From Escherichia phage vB_Eco_F26, in sequence record OP870145.1: a stretch of 64,000 nucleotides of DNA; one strand, given 5' to 3'. Under the pieces are notes generated by a model. That model saw only the letters and a list, made by a program, of their open reading frames with translations. It was not told the origin of the DNA and did no database searches. Of this stretch, positions 49,427 to 59,505 are shown in pieces; the first letter of the stretch is position 1, and each line of letters starts with the position of its first letter. The translations under genes and the position numbers were made by a program.

Positions 49427-50352
49427 TTCAATACCTCAATAGCATTACGTAAACCATTTGCTTTTGCATTAAGAGCTTTTAACAGTTTGGTGTGTTCGGC
49501 AATCTGGGCTTCAACTTCAATCAAACGAGCATTGAGATATTCACGTTCTTCACTCAGGTTATCAACCTTTTCTACTTTAGGTTCTTTTACAACTTGCTTA
49601 TATGTATTAGGGTTCTTCAGTTTAATTAGAATGCGTGAACTGTACAGCATTGAACCATTATCTTCGGTTTCGTCATACATTTCCACTACGTCCATCATCT
49701 CCACCATCGTGCAGAGTTTATAAGACAACGAACGAATAATTTTGTTGTGCTTATTAATTTCTCTAGCTGTCATGGTGCCGAGATTACGTGAGTAATAATA
49801 AGGAACCTGGATATTAATTAATACTGATGAACCACCTGGCTTGTGTGTTACTTCATCAGCAATAACCCAATCCTTAACATGAACTGTATTTGTACGGTCA
49901 TCGCCCGCGGTAAATAGTTTACGAGCATGCTTAAAAAGCATATTCACTTGGTCATTGAATTGACAAGCGAATTTATCAGCAAATTTAGTTTCGGGAATGG
50001 TAGATAACCAATCAGTCAAATGGGTCTTTTTAACATCGTTAACAATAGTAAATTCAACCAAATCGGTTATAGATGTCTCAGATTTAATGAAGCTCGGCTT
50101 CATAAAGTTTTTAATGTTATCACTAGCTACAGTAGAAGATAACAGACGAGAACGTTTAAACCATTGAAGCAAATTGCCTAACGAATGAGAATAAGCGTTT
50201 TGAGTATCTTTACAGATATGATTTTCCTGGCCAACATATTGAAGGAAATCACGAAGAATATTATTGATTACTGCCCTGTGTCCTATCTGATAATTACGAT
50301 GTTTAGTAATAAGACTGTCAAAATAATCAATATAATGTTTACGAGTTTTCAT
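49423..50352 (-). CDS. hypothetical protein (309 aa) with C-terminal coiled-coil; member of tandem family
   Basis: MKTR N-terminus; C-terminal heptad region ...[31 protein letters not shown]. Confidence 0.5.
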   Translation of the reverse strand: MKTRKHYIDYFDSLITKHRNYQIGHRAVINNILRDFLQYVGQENHICKDTQNAYSHSLGNLLQWFKRSRLLSSTVASDNIKNFMKPSFIKSETSITDLVEFTIVNDVKKTHLTDWLSTIPETKFADKFACQFNDQVNMLFKHARKLFTAGDDRTNTVHVKDWVIADEVTHKPGGSSVLINIQVPYYYSRNLGTMTAREINKHNKIIRSLSYKLCTMVEMMDVVEMYDETEDNGSMLYSSRILIKLKNPNTYKQVVKEPKVEKVDNLSEEREYLNARLIEVEAQIAEHTKLLKALNAKANGLRNAIEVLK

Positions 50353-50404
50353 GTTCTTCTCACTTTGTTAATGATTTGTACTCCGAGCCATCCTTGGCTT
50401 TAAA

Positions 50405-51436
50405 TTACTTAATTAACTGTAAAGCTTGTTCTAGATGATCAAGACGATTAACGGATTCTTCCCAAATCTTTTTAGCCTGCTCATATTCTTTCTGCGCTTT
50501 ATTAGAAATTTCTAGAACTTCCTTATAAGCTTTTTCTAATGCAATAACTTCTGGACGAATTTCTACCGGTTCAGGTGAATCATCAAGACATTCCATTAGT
50601 TCCTCAAGGGTAGTTTCTTCTTTAGGAGTATTCACAATTTCATCACATTTTTGTTGGTAAATTTCTTTATCAGTCGGTGAGTACGCGCACTTTACTTCAC
50701 GAAGACTAATTACAATTTTATATCCTTCCCAACCGCATATATTCTTAAAAGGATAAGTATGAATATTTTCTACTGTTTCCATACAAAGTAATGCGGTCTC
50801 TAATTGACGAGTTATAGTGCTAGCAATTGAGAAAAATTTATTAATATTCTTTTGGTTAGTTTCTGGTGTAAAAAATCCATAATTCACAAAAATAGCTACT
50901 TTATTTTTATCAAGCTCATATTCTTTTACGATAATCATATCAGAAGCCAAAGGATGAATTTGACGATAATTGCCATAACATAATTTAGAAGCTGATTTTA
51001 GAATTTGTCCTTTGAAAAGTCTGAAATTACTAATCCAACGACGAGTAAAAATATTCTCAGGGTCTTCTTTATTATTAAGATGATAAGAATTAACATCACC
51101 GAACCAATTATATCCTACTACATCTTTAGTTCGTTTAATTTCTTTCCCAAATTTACCAAGAATATCTCTGTTGACTAAGTATGAAAGAAGACGAGACCCT
51201 TTAAAGGTTTTCTTAATGTCATCTTTATCTGTACGACTAGAAATTTCACGAACTTCGTGAATAAATCTGCTGGAAGAAACAATGCTTACATCAATATTAT
51301 TGAGCCATTGATTGATAATAGAAAGAACACTATTCTGACTAGACTTAGGTTTAACTTTATCATCAATAACACTGTTGAATGATTTGATATATTCGTTACG
51401 AGTCATATTAATCTCCTCAGTAGAAAGTAAGAACAT
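50405..51436 (-). CDS. hypothetical protein (up to 343 aa) with C-terminal coiled-coil
   Basis: C-terminal ...NKAQKEYEQAKKIWEESVNRLDHLEQALQLIK; downstream of early promoter 51435-51464 so true start may be internal. Confidence 0.5.
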   Translation of the reverse strand: MFLLSTEEINMTRNEYIKSFNSVIDDKVKPKSSQNSVLSIINQWLNNIDVSIVSSSRFIHEVREISSRTDKDDIKKTFKGSRLLSYLVNRDILGKFGKEIKRTKDVVGYNWFGDVNSYHLNNKEDPENIFTRRWISNFRLFKGQILKSASKLCYGNYRQIHPLASDMIIVKEYELDKNKVAIFVNYGFFTPETNQKNINKFFSIASTITRQLETALLCMETVENIHTYPFKNICGWEGYKIVISLREVKCAYSPTDKEIYQQKCDEIVNTPKEETTLEELMECLDDSPEPVEIRPEVIALEKAYKEVLEISNKAQKEYEQAKKIWEESVNRLDHLEQALQLIK

Positions 51437-51464
51437 TATACCACATCCTTGTGGTAAAGTAAAC
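51435..51464 (-). promoter_or_regulatory. T4-type early promoter (GTTTAC-N18-TATAAT), 32-bp identical copy of 2418-2449
   Basis: Exact repeat attataccacatccttgtggtaaagtaaacta. Confidence 0.55.
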
Positions 51465-52492
51465 TAGTTCAGTGCATTTAGTGCATTGTTCAGTTTAGAA
51501 CGTTGCTTCGTGAGATTTTTGACTTTTTCTTGAGCTTTTTCTAGCATCTTTTCAGCTTCTAGCACTTCATTAGTTGCTTTAACGAGTTCATCATCTACTG
51601 CCTTGATAGACTTCTCAATCGCATCGGCATGCCATTTTTCAACAGGTTTAAGACTCGGATTTTCAACAGGAAGAAAATTCACTTTATTGAATTTCCATGC
51701 ATCCTTATTACCTGAACTATACATCCAAAATTTAGGATCGTTTGATGAGTAATTGGATAAATTTAAATTTAAGTTATCTTGCACTTCTTGCTTTTTCTCT
51801 TGCGGGACTTCGTCCTTTCTCAAAAAATCGTATTTAAATGAAACGATCATATCAAGTTCATATGATGTTGTATCTAACTTAAATCGTTCAAAACGAGGTA
51901 AAATCTTAGATTGAACAGCAGCAACAACATCCATATATTTAAATGCTTCTGTCAACTGTGATTTAAGGCATTCACAAATTGAAAGAGAATTTTTTGTATT
52001 AGGTTTAAAGCTAATTCGTGCAGTTCTATTATTTTCTTTTAATGGTCTTACTTCCATCTGAAGAGTATAACCATCAAATTTCAGGTTCTTTAAGTTAATG
52101 TCAGAACCTTTTAATCGACTAGCCGTCGACAAAATTTGCTTTAATTGTTTACGGAATAGAGCAATAAATCTCCATTCAATACGATAATGATTTGGATTGA
52201 AAAATCCAGATGATAAATCGACCTTACTCTGACCAACACCTTGAACAAACAGAGGATTTTTATAATCAATAGTTTTACAAAAATCGGTGAGCTGCTCACG
52301 GGCCGTCATTTGTGTAATATACCCTGCTTTACTAAAATTACGCACCCATTCACTGCTATTCGTATACTTAAAGTGATGAATAACACGATTAACTTTATCA
52401 GGGTCTAAATTATTTTCACACAAAAATGTCATAACATCACGAGTATAGCTGGCATTACGAACCATATCTTCAATTTGAGAACGAGTTTTCAT
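51464..52492 (-). CDS. hypothetical protein (342 aa) with C-terminal coiled-coil
   Basis: MKTR N-terminus; C-terminal ...LEAEKMLEKAQEKVKNLTKQRSKLNNALNALN. Confidence 0.5.
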   Translation of the reverse strand: MKTRSQIEDMVRNASYTRDVMTFLCENNLDPDKVNRVIHHFKYTNSSEWVRNFSKAGYITQMTAREQLTDFCKTIDYKNPLFVQGVGQSKVDLSSGFFNPNHYRIEWRFIALFRKQLKQILSTASRLKGSDINLKNLKFDGYTLQMEVRPLKENNRTARISFKPNTKNSLSICECLKSQLTEAFKYMDVVAAVQSKILPRFERFKLDTTSYELDMIVSFKYDFLRKDEVPQEKKQEVQDNLNLNLSNYSSNDPKFWMYSSGNKDAWKFNKVNFLPVENPSLKPVEKWHADAIEKSIKAVDDELVKATNEVLEAEKMLEKAQEKVKNLTKQRSKLNNALNALN

Positions 52493-52500
52493 GGTATTCC

Positions 52501-53409
52501 TTAAGATTTAAGTAAATCAACGATTTTAATTAACTTTTCACGCTCAGATTTAGCTTTACTACTCAATCCAGATAGTCTGAAAATTTCATCGTCATATTGT
52601 TGAATAGAAATATTCAGCTCTTCAATTTGCTTATTAAAATAATCAATTTGTTCAGAATGTTTTTCGTTACTACGAACTGGTACAGGTTTTGTAGGCAATT
52701 TAGTTGAACTGGATTCATCCGGGCGATAAATTAAAATACAACTTGAACCAATAGGGCATTTTGCACCAGATGAATATTCTAATGTTCCAGCTTCTTTTAA
52801 AACTTCAAAAGCCAAACAGAGATGATGCCCCATATTAACATAATCTGTAGAGCGAGCTCTGACGTAATAATCATCGCCGCGAATACTAAATTTAAAGCAT
52901 TTAAGGTCTTCTGTATTATTGGTCTTAAAAATCATTTGTTTATCTAGACCTTTAGCTAATCGAGCGCCTAATGCTAATAATCGTCGTTGATTTTCCCACA
53001 AATCTGCGATCATTTGGTCAAATGATAATTTCGGCATTAGTCGACCGTAAAGATCATAGCCTTTATTATAATTGCGAAGAATTTCACTTGCATTAATATG
53101 AGACAACGCTCCAATTTTATTAAGGGCTTTCATGATGCGATTAGATAAAAGCATTCCAGATCCGTTTGTTCGTTGTAAATGTTTTTCTAATCCAAATCCA
53201 ATATCAACTTTAAACTTATCTAAAATTTCGGCGTGAACATCTTTATCAATAACATTTAAATTTAGTACTGGGTTAAATTTATGAAAAAATTTATCTGACT
53301 CGTCGCGTTGAAGTACAGTCCATTCATTTGATTTTTTATTAACTAAAGATTTAATTACTGCATTGACATTATTAATTGCTACTGACATATTTTCCTCACT
53401 CAATTTCAA
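52501..53409 (-). CDS. hypothetical protein (302 aa) with C-terminal coiled-coil
   Basis: C-terminal ...QIEELNISIQQYDDEIFRLSGLSSKAKSEREKLIKIVDLLKS. Confidence 0.5.
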   Translation of the reverse strand: MKLSEENMSVAINNVNAVIKSLVNKKSNEWTVLQRDESDKFFHKFNPVLNLNVIDKDVHAEILDKFKVDIGFGLEKHLQRTNGSGMLLSNRIMKALNKIGALSHINASEILRNYNKGYDLYGRLMPKLSFDQMIADLWENQRRLLALGARLAKGLDKQMIFKTNNTEDLKCFKFSIRGDDYYVRARSTDYVNMGHHLCLAFEVLKEAGTLEYSSGAKCPIGSSCILIYRPDESSSTKLPTKPVPVRSNEKHSEQIDYFNKQIEELNISIQQYDDEIFRLSGLSSKAKSEREKLIKIVDLLKS

Positions 53410-53803
53410 TTTTACTAAATACGCAGAATATGATGGAAAAGACTATATAAGCACCGCATACAGATTGAACTAATACCATTCCAAAGAACCAAATAATATT
53501 ATCAAACAATGTCTGTTTTACGTCGAAAGGACGTAAACTTACAGTAATATTATCGCCTTTTTCTATTGAAGAATACATCTCTGGTGAAATATATTCACTA
53601 AATCTATAACCGTCATTTAGTTCATATACAGCAATAAACGATAAACTAGACCCCTTTCCTTGAGTTCCTGTAAGGGTATTAACTACAGTAACATCATAAT
53701 CTTTATAATGCATATAATCATTAATTGCGTAATAACCATATGCAATTACTATACATAAACAACATATCAATAAATTCAATCTTTTAATTATCAACTGTTT
53801 CAT
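53396..53803 (-). CDS. membrane protein (135 aa)
   Basis: N- and C-terminal TM helices. Confidence 0.45.
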   Translation of the reverse strand: MKQLIIKRLNLLICCLCIVIAYGYYAINDYMHYKDYDVTVVNTLTGTQGKGSSLSFIAVYELNDGYRFSEYISPEMYSSIEKGDNITVSLRPFDVKQTLFDNIIWFFGMVLVQSVCGAYIVFSIIFCVFSKIEIE

Positions 53804-53832
53804 AATAATCTCAATTAAAAGGGCTTAGAACC

Positions 53833-53857
53833 ATTATACCATCCTTGGTATAAAGCG
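53833..53857 (-). promoter_or_regulatory. possible middle promoter (CGCTTTA box, 12-nt spacer, TATAAT)
   Basis: Minus-strand GCTTTATACCAAGGATGGTATAAT. Confidence 0.35.
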
Positions 53858-53858
53858 G

Positions 53859-54386
53859 TTATGCGAGTACCGTCTTTAACCGTTCTTCAAACTTCCGAAG
53901 AGTATTTTGGCGTTCAGCTCTTTGCTTTTTGTAAGTTTCAATACGCTCTGAAATGAGAGTGTATCGTTCATTTACTGATTCTTTCATAAAATCAGGAATT
54001 TCACGAGAAGCTTTAATCTCGTCAAATTTATCAATAACAGCTTGCTCTTCAGCAATTAAGTTATCATACATCAAAATATCTTTCTTGATGAACTCAATAT
54101 CTTCTTGAGTTACACGAGATAATTTAGATGCTTTATCCTTTTTGTACTGTTCGTTAGTATCACGAGACCAGTGTAATGTACGATTTTTATTCGTATTCTT
54201 GTAAATTTCTACAATACCAATCTCATCAATAATAACGATCCAATTCCAACGGGATTTGTAAATTTGTCCTCCATCAACAGTGATTTCACCTCCGATTGAG
54301 ATGTCATTAAAGAACTTGCTTTGTGCTTCAGATTTAAATTTACCATCGTTGTAATTTACCAAGTTGAAAATATCTTTAGCGTTCAT
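53859..54386 (-). CDS. hypothetical protein (175 aa)
   Basis: ORF with GGAGGA SD; downstream of early promoter. Confidence 0.45.
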   Translation of the reverse strand: MNAKDIFNLVNYNDGKFKSEAQSKFFNDISIGGEITVDGGQIYKSRWNWIVIIDEIGIVEIYKNTNKNRTLHWSRDTNEQYKKDKASKLSRVTQEDIEFIKKDILMYDNLIAEEQAVIDKFDEIKASREIPDFMKESVNERYTLISERIETYKKQRAERQNTLRKFEERLKTVLA

Positions 54387-54414
54387 TTTGTGTTCCTCCG
54401 TAGTTGATAGTTGT

Positions 54415-54444
54415 ATAGTACCACAGAGGAACGGTCTTGTAAAC
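54415..54444 (-). promoter_or_regulatory. T4-type early promoter (GTTTAC-N18-TACTAT)
   Basis: Minus-strand GTTTAC 54439-54444. Confidence 0.5.
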
Positions 54445-54446
54445 CA

Positions 54447-54761
54447 CTAAAAGAAACTTCTTTCACAATTTTTTCCACTGAACCACGCGCTCACTGCTTT
54501 CTTAGTCTCAGGAGCAGTGTTATCCATAAACCATTCAAAGGCAGCCTTTTTATGATTCTGGAGGGCTTCTCGAGCTTTAATCTGCTCACGGTCTATTAAC
54601 ACTAACATATGAGCCTTTCTTGTCACCAAGGGCTTCTTATGATTCTTGGAGTATTCCCAGTCATTTGTCCATCGCATCGTTGTTGCGAATTGAAGTACAG
54701 CTTCTTTAATTTTAGTTTCGTAAATTTCACGAGCCTTTGAGTATAACATCATTACCTCCAT
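54447..54761 (-). CDS. hypothetical protein (104 aa)
   Basis: ORF. Confidence 0.4.
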   Translation of the reverse strand: MEVMMLYSKAREIYETKIKEAVLQFATTMRWTNDWEYSKNHKKPLVTRKAHMLVLIDREQIKAREALQNHKKAAFEWFMDNTAPETKKAVSAWFSGKNCERSFF

Positions 54762-54831
54762 TTACCAGTTTAATTCTAGTCATCTTTTTAATGGCAGTCC
54801 ATATAATCTATTTCTGAACTTCCTTTTTGTC

Positions 54832-55551
54832 TTAGGATTCTTCTAAATGTCTTTTCTGAAAAGTTGATACCATACTACGATACGGTTCATTTGGATATCC
54901 GTGTTTTATAGCTTCCTTTGTAAATTTTCTCCATCCATATTTAGTTTCTTTCCAAAGCTCGAATAATTCATCTTCATACTGCCATATAGTTAAATGAGAA
55001 CGCTTTGCAGCTTTAATTCCATTAATATGCTTTTCTTTTACTGTAGGATTGCTTAGTTTCTTTTTAATAATATTACTAACTTTTCTAACAAAAACTGGGT
55101 CCTTATATCGTTGCGAAGTTTTTATTGAAGTGTTTAATTTAGCTTCCGGCGTGGATGTGACCTCTTTCATCTTTTTCTTCATATGCTGTATATGATTAGG
55201 ATTTTTCCATAAATTTATAGAATGCTTTTTGCATTTTATCCTAGTTTCATCTGCAACCTTTCCTCCTTCACCCCCGTATGACAGGTTAACACAGTTTTTT
55301 CCATATTTCAATTTACCTGCCATGATATATAATATTTCAGCTTGTACCATTTTATCATAATTATCAAAAACTTCTAAAACCGTTTTTGATAATATGTGGT
55401 CATTTGACACTTTTACACGTTCTATATAATTTCCACTACCAACATACGAATCATTGATGTTATTAGTTATATGTCGACCATAATAGTATTTCTTAATACC
55501 TGTCTTTAAATTTAATATTTCAGTTTTATAGATAGTAAAATATTTTTTCAT
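54832..55551 (-). mobile_element. possible GIY-YIG-like endonuclease (239 aa)
   Basis: N-terminal YFTIYKTE...KKYYYGRH; basic C-terminal half. Confidence 0.4.
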
Positions 55552-56528
55552 TTTAATAATACCGTTTCAGCAATTTCTTCCCAATGGTTTTTGTCGGTCA
55601 TAATAAAGTCAGCAAGATAAAGAGCAGTACGCAGTGAAACATTGCGTAAACGATTAACATTGACTTTCATCCATGATAATGCTTTATAAGTTTCTTCATC
55701 AGAAAGACCGCGCTTTTGCATCATGTCAGTTGAAAGAATAACATCTTCAACCCTGACCATAATTTCTTCATTAGTGTGAACACCCAAATCCAAATAAACT
55801 GAGCGGGACACTAATGCTTGTAAATGTGGAGCAAGTTTAGTACCACGGTCTAATTCGCGGTCAATATCAACGTTTGTGATAAAAACAATCGTTCCTTTAA
55901 ATTCAAACTCACGCTCAATGCCTTTTTCTTCTAAGTAAGAAGATGCAGTGCTCCAGCAGACTTTACGGGTCTCTCCAGTGTCCAGAGCAGCTTTCAGAAG
56001 ATTAAGAATGTCCATATCAGAGAAAACATCCACATCATCAATCAAAAGGACAGAATTCTCTTCACGATTATTCCAAAGCTGTTCATAAAGACCGATACCA
56101 GAGATTTTACCATTAATGCTTTTATACTCAATGTATCCAATATCATTTGCTTTATTCAAAGCTTTATCTAAAGAATACGTTTTACCAATACCTGCCGCAC
56201 CAGAGATAATTAATGAACGAATGTTTCCGTTAATAATACCATTCGTCATCATTCCCATAACATTAAATCTTTTATTAATGCGGGTTTTCATATCTTCATA
56301 TGATTCTTTAACTTCTTCAACTTTTACACCATCATATGAAATGTCTGATTTGTAAACCCAAACACCGCGACGCTTACCGTCAATTTCAACAAAAACTTTA
56401 CCATCTCCTTGTGCATCTACCGGAGCATTATCTGGGAACCATTCGCCTAAGAGCTCAAAAGTTCCAGAGATTTCTTTACCGAAGTAGATACCCTTATTGA
56501 TAGTTACAGTTTTCATTTTATTCTCCAA
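55548..56528 (-). CDS. P-loop NTPase (326 aa)
   Basis: Walker A GAAGIGKT, Walker B LLIDDVD. Confidence 0.55.
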   Translation of the reverse strand: MENKMKTVTINKGIYFGKEISGTFELLGEWFPDNAPVDAQGDGKVFVEIDGKRRGVWVYKSDISYDGVKVEEVKESYEDMKTRINKRFNVMGMMTNGIINGNIRSLIISGAAGIGKTYSLDKALNKANDIGYIEYKSINGKISGIGLYEQLWNNREENSVLLIDDVDVFSDMDILNLLKAALDTGETRKVCWSTASSYLEEKGIEREFEFKGTIVFITNVDIDRELDRGTKLAPHLQALVSRSVYLDLGVHTNEEIMVRVEDVILSTDMMQKRGLSDEETYKALSWMKVNVNRLRNVSLRTALYLADFIMTDKNHWEEIAETVLLK

Positions 56529-56550
56529 ATCTGTATCAGTTGATAGTTGT

Positions 56551-56580
56551 ATAGTACCATAAAGCTTTATGCTTGTAAAC
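56551..56580 (-). promoter_or_regulatory. T4-type early promoter (GTTTAC-N18-TACTAT)
   Basis: Minus-strand GTTTAC 56575-56580; near-identical 38-bp block to 25207-25244. Confidence 0.5.
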
Positions 56581-56602
56581 AGTTTTGTGAAAAAATTTTG
56601 AA

Positions 56603-56630
56603 ATAAAAAAGGGAGCCCGAAGGCTCCCTA
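56603..56630 (-). terminator. intrinsic terminator (GGGAGCC-UUCG-GGCUCCC + U6)
   Basis: 7-bp GC stem, tetraloop, six U on mRNA. Confidence 0.65.
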
Positions 56631-57644
56631 TCATTTATAATAACTTCGGTGGTTTTCAAGATAGACCTTCTCAAGGAAGTCATCCCAGAAACTCATGTCT
56701 ACTTTTTGTTGCATACCATTCTTAGAAGCTTCAGTAGATGCTGCTTCTACTTGATCGACCACATCTTCCAAAAACTCTTGAACTGTTTTAAATGGATGTT
56801 TACCCAACTTCACGTCGAGAATAAATGGAGCATCTTGGAGTGGATAAATCAAGTCGCCAGTTTTGTAAATTTCCAATAGTTGAAGTCCACCACGACAAGC
56901 ATGACTTAGTGCTTTCCAGTCAATACCTTCATTGGCTTCGGCCTTACGAGCGCGTTCACCATATTCAGCATCTAATTTGTTCAGTGACTGCTTAAGCTCA
57001 ATAAGAGAAAGAGTTGTCTGATATTTACGACCCAACACAGTGTAGAACGTTTGTGGGCCTGTTTTCTCATGATTATGGAACACCCATTCACAGAATTCGT
57101 TTTCTGGAAGACGATGCTTAATATCTTCAACTTTAGTACGACGCTGCTTAATGGAACCGTCTTCTTGGTAATCAACCCATTGCTCGGGGATTTGATTAAC
57201 TACTTTCAATACATCGCGTAATGCAGCCAAACGAGAACCCTTGACACCGTATTTAGAAGCTTGCTTGCGGACATATCCTAAATAGGATTTCATGTTAGTC
57301 GTATAAAAACGAGAACGGTTGTCTTGAATAAACTTCCACACATCAGGCAAATCGGATTTAACCACTAGTTCAGGTGGAGTGTGAAGCATATCCAACGCTA
57401 CAGTTTCACCATCTGCTGCTAATTTAAAGAAATACTTAAGACTGTATAGTTCATGGTCAATATCATCTTTAGTGTTTTTAGATGATGTGTTGTTAGTGTT
57501 TTTACTCATGTGCTCTTTGACATTTCCGATAAGAATATCGCGAGCAGGAGGAACAAAGATTTCTTTAAAATCTACATCAGATTCTGGGGTAGAAGTTCCA
57601 TAAAGATGACTACCAAAATAGCTTTTCATTACTGTTTTCATCAT
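56631..57644 (-). CDS. predicted nucleotidyltransferase (337 aa)
   Basis: Pol-beta-superfamily NTase motif GS-x10-DVD near N-terminus (YFGSHLYGTSTPESDVDF). Confidence 0.5.
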   Translation of the reverse strand: MMKTVMKSYFGSHLYGTSTPESDVDFKEIFVPPARDILIGNVKEHMSKNTNNTSSKNTKDDIDHELYSLKYFFKLAADGETVALDMLHTPPELVVKSDLPDVWKFIQDNRSRFYTTNMKSYLGYVRKQASKYGVKGSRLAALRDVLKVVNQIPEQWVDYQEDGSIKQRRTKVEDIKHRLPENEFCEWVFHNHEKTGPQTFYTVLGRKYQTTLSLIELKQSLNKLDAEYGERARKAEANEGIDWKALSHACRGGLQLLEIYKTGDLIYPLQDAPFILDVKLGKHPFKTVQEFLEDVVDQVEAASTEASKNGMQQKVDMSFWDDFLEKVYLENHRSYYK

Positions 57645-58102
57645 TCAGCCTTATATTCAATAACAGGACATACTTTAGCTTTACGAGCTTTTAAAAATTC
57701 GACGATAATCGATTTCTTGGGTTGAATAGGAGGTAAACCTTTATACGCCCTATCAATATTTTCTACGTGTAAAGCATAATCCTTTTTCCATTTATAATCT
57801 TTATATTTTTCACGCAAATGTGCAGGAATAACAAATGAACTGATAATAAGTAAAACAACCAAAAGCGCAAGTATAAATGCTGATGGAAGCAAAGTCCATA
57901 AACTACCAAAAATAATCCAACGTTGTAGGCTTTCTGCACAAATAATTGTTAGCCCTACGAGTATAGCACATCCAAAAATAGAAACGAAAAATGTAGGAAT
58001 GGCAATAGACCAAAAATATGCGCACAGTGTCTTAGGTCGTTGCCATTCATCGTTAAACATTTTGAATAATTTATAGTGCCAAGAGTTTTCATTAATAATC
58101 AT
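57641..58102 (-). CDS. membrane protein (153 aa)
   Basis: Three predicted TM helices. Confidence 0.45.
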   Translation of the reverse strand: MIINENSWHYKLFKMFNDEWQRPKTLCAYFWSIAIPTFFVSIFGCAILVGLTIICAESLQRWIIFGSLWTLLPSAFILALLVVLLIISSFVIPAHLREKYKDYKWKKDYALHVENIDRAYKGLPPIQPKKSIIVEFLKARKAKVCPVIEYKAE

Positions 58103-58104
58103 AA

Positions 58105-58626
58105 TTATCCTTTCATTGAAGGCGTAACAGTTGTTAAATACTTAATCATAGCTTCAGCTTCTGATTTTGATAGTGAAATTTCTTCACCGTTTTGGCGAAT
58201 AGAAACAAAATCTGGATGACGATCACCACCAGCTTTTAAAACACACATATAAGTATCAGCTTCGCCTTCAATATTTGAAATGATTGAAGCAGTTCCACAT
58301 GAATGCGGTTTTTGATAAATCAATACAGCTTTTCTTCCACCATTTGACTGTTCATAGGCTTTTAATACATCAAGCAAATCAGTTCTTTTATCAATAGCTA
58401 AGATGTTATTTTCATCTTCAATATTAAATCCTTCGGATACTTCATAAAGAGTTACCCATAAATCACCGATGTCAATAACAGCATTTACTTTTCCACGGCT
58501 TTCAAGAGTATGACAAATTTTCTTGATTTCGTCATAACTCATTTTAATAATATCATCTCCTTGAATAAGAAAGATGTCATTTTTAAATTCAACACGAATT
58601 AAACCACTTTCACTTGAAATAAACAT
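58105..58626 (-). CDS. hypothetical protein (173 aa); paralog of 58633-59178
   Basis: C-terminal ...SKSEAEAMIKYLTTVTPSM vs ...TKDEAIALKTYLDSVIPTM. Confidence 0.45.
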   Translation of the reverse strand: MFISSESGLIRVEFKNDIFLIQGDDIIKMSYDEIKKICHTLESRGKVNAVIDIGDLWVTLYEVSEGFNIEDENNILAIDKRTDLLDVLKAYEQSNGGRKAVLIYQKPHSCGTASIISNIEGEADTYMCVLKAGGDRHPDFVSIRQNGEEISLSKSEAEAMIKYLTTVTPSMKG

Positions 58627-58632
58627 ATTTCC

Positions 58633-59178
58633 TCACTTTGAAATCATAGTTGGAATGACAGAATCAAGATAAGTCTTTAGCGCAATAGCTTCGTCTTTGG
58701 TAAATGTGACAATATGTGCTCGAAAATCATCAATTTGACGAATAGTTAAGACATCTCCATCTTCATAACATTTTGATACGTTTAAAACAGTTTCATCATT
58801 CTGATTGCAAGCGTTAGTAATAATAGCATTGCAATTTTTAAACCATTTTAAACTATGTTTTCTTTCATTAGAATAATAAAAATATTTAATCTTATCTATA
58901 AAACTATCCCAATGGATAACTGATAAGCATATTGACTCGCTTTCAATATTAAATCCTGGGCATGAAGAATAAAAATGAATTTTATGCTCATCATTAATGC
59001 TTACAATTTTATCAGTATAAGGATTTTCAATTTTGGTTAAATGAATGATTTCACTAGGCGTAAAATACAGCATATCGTCTTCTTGTGTCAAACGATACAT
59101 ATTATTTACTTTTTCTATAGCCAATTCACCAAAAAGTGAACTAACTTCTAATACTAATCGTTTCGCCGCTACCGTCAT
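58633..59178 (-). CDS. hypothetical protein (181 aa); paralog of 58105-58626
   Basis: Shared C-terminal motif. Confidence 0.45.
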   Translation of the reverse strand: MTVAAKRLVLEVSSLFGELAIEKVNNMYRLTQEDDMLYFTPSEIIHLTKIENPYTDKIVSINDEHKIHFYSSCPGFNIESESICLSVIHWDSFIDKIKYFYYSNERKHSLKWFKNCNAIITNACNQNDETVLNVSKCYEDGDVLTIRQIDDFRAHIVTFTKDEAIALKTYLDSVIPTMISK

Positions 59179-59310
59179 TACATACTCCTCTGAATCATAT
59201 CAATAATGTTGTTCACCAGATTATAAGTAAACATTGGGTAATTATATTGAATCACCACATACACAACAAGCAAAACTTTCATTCTCTTCTCCTTGGCAGT
59301 TGACAAGATT

Positions 59311-59340
59311 ACTATACCATAACCTTGCCAACTTGTAAAC
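59311..59340 (-). promoter_or_regulatory. T4-type early promoter (GTTTAC-N18-TATAGT)
   Basis: Minus-strand GTTTAC 59335-59340. Confidence 0.5.
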
Positions 59341-59505
59341 CATTAAATGACGTTTTCAATAAAATTCTGAAGCTTTGTGTGAGCATCAACCATGATTTTC
59401 ATTTCTTCCTTTGCGAAAGCTGTACCTCTTTCCCGAGCAGAATACTCATAGTCAGAAACTGCATTAGCATATTCTTCAATTAGCTTCATTAAAAACATCT
59501 GCTTT

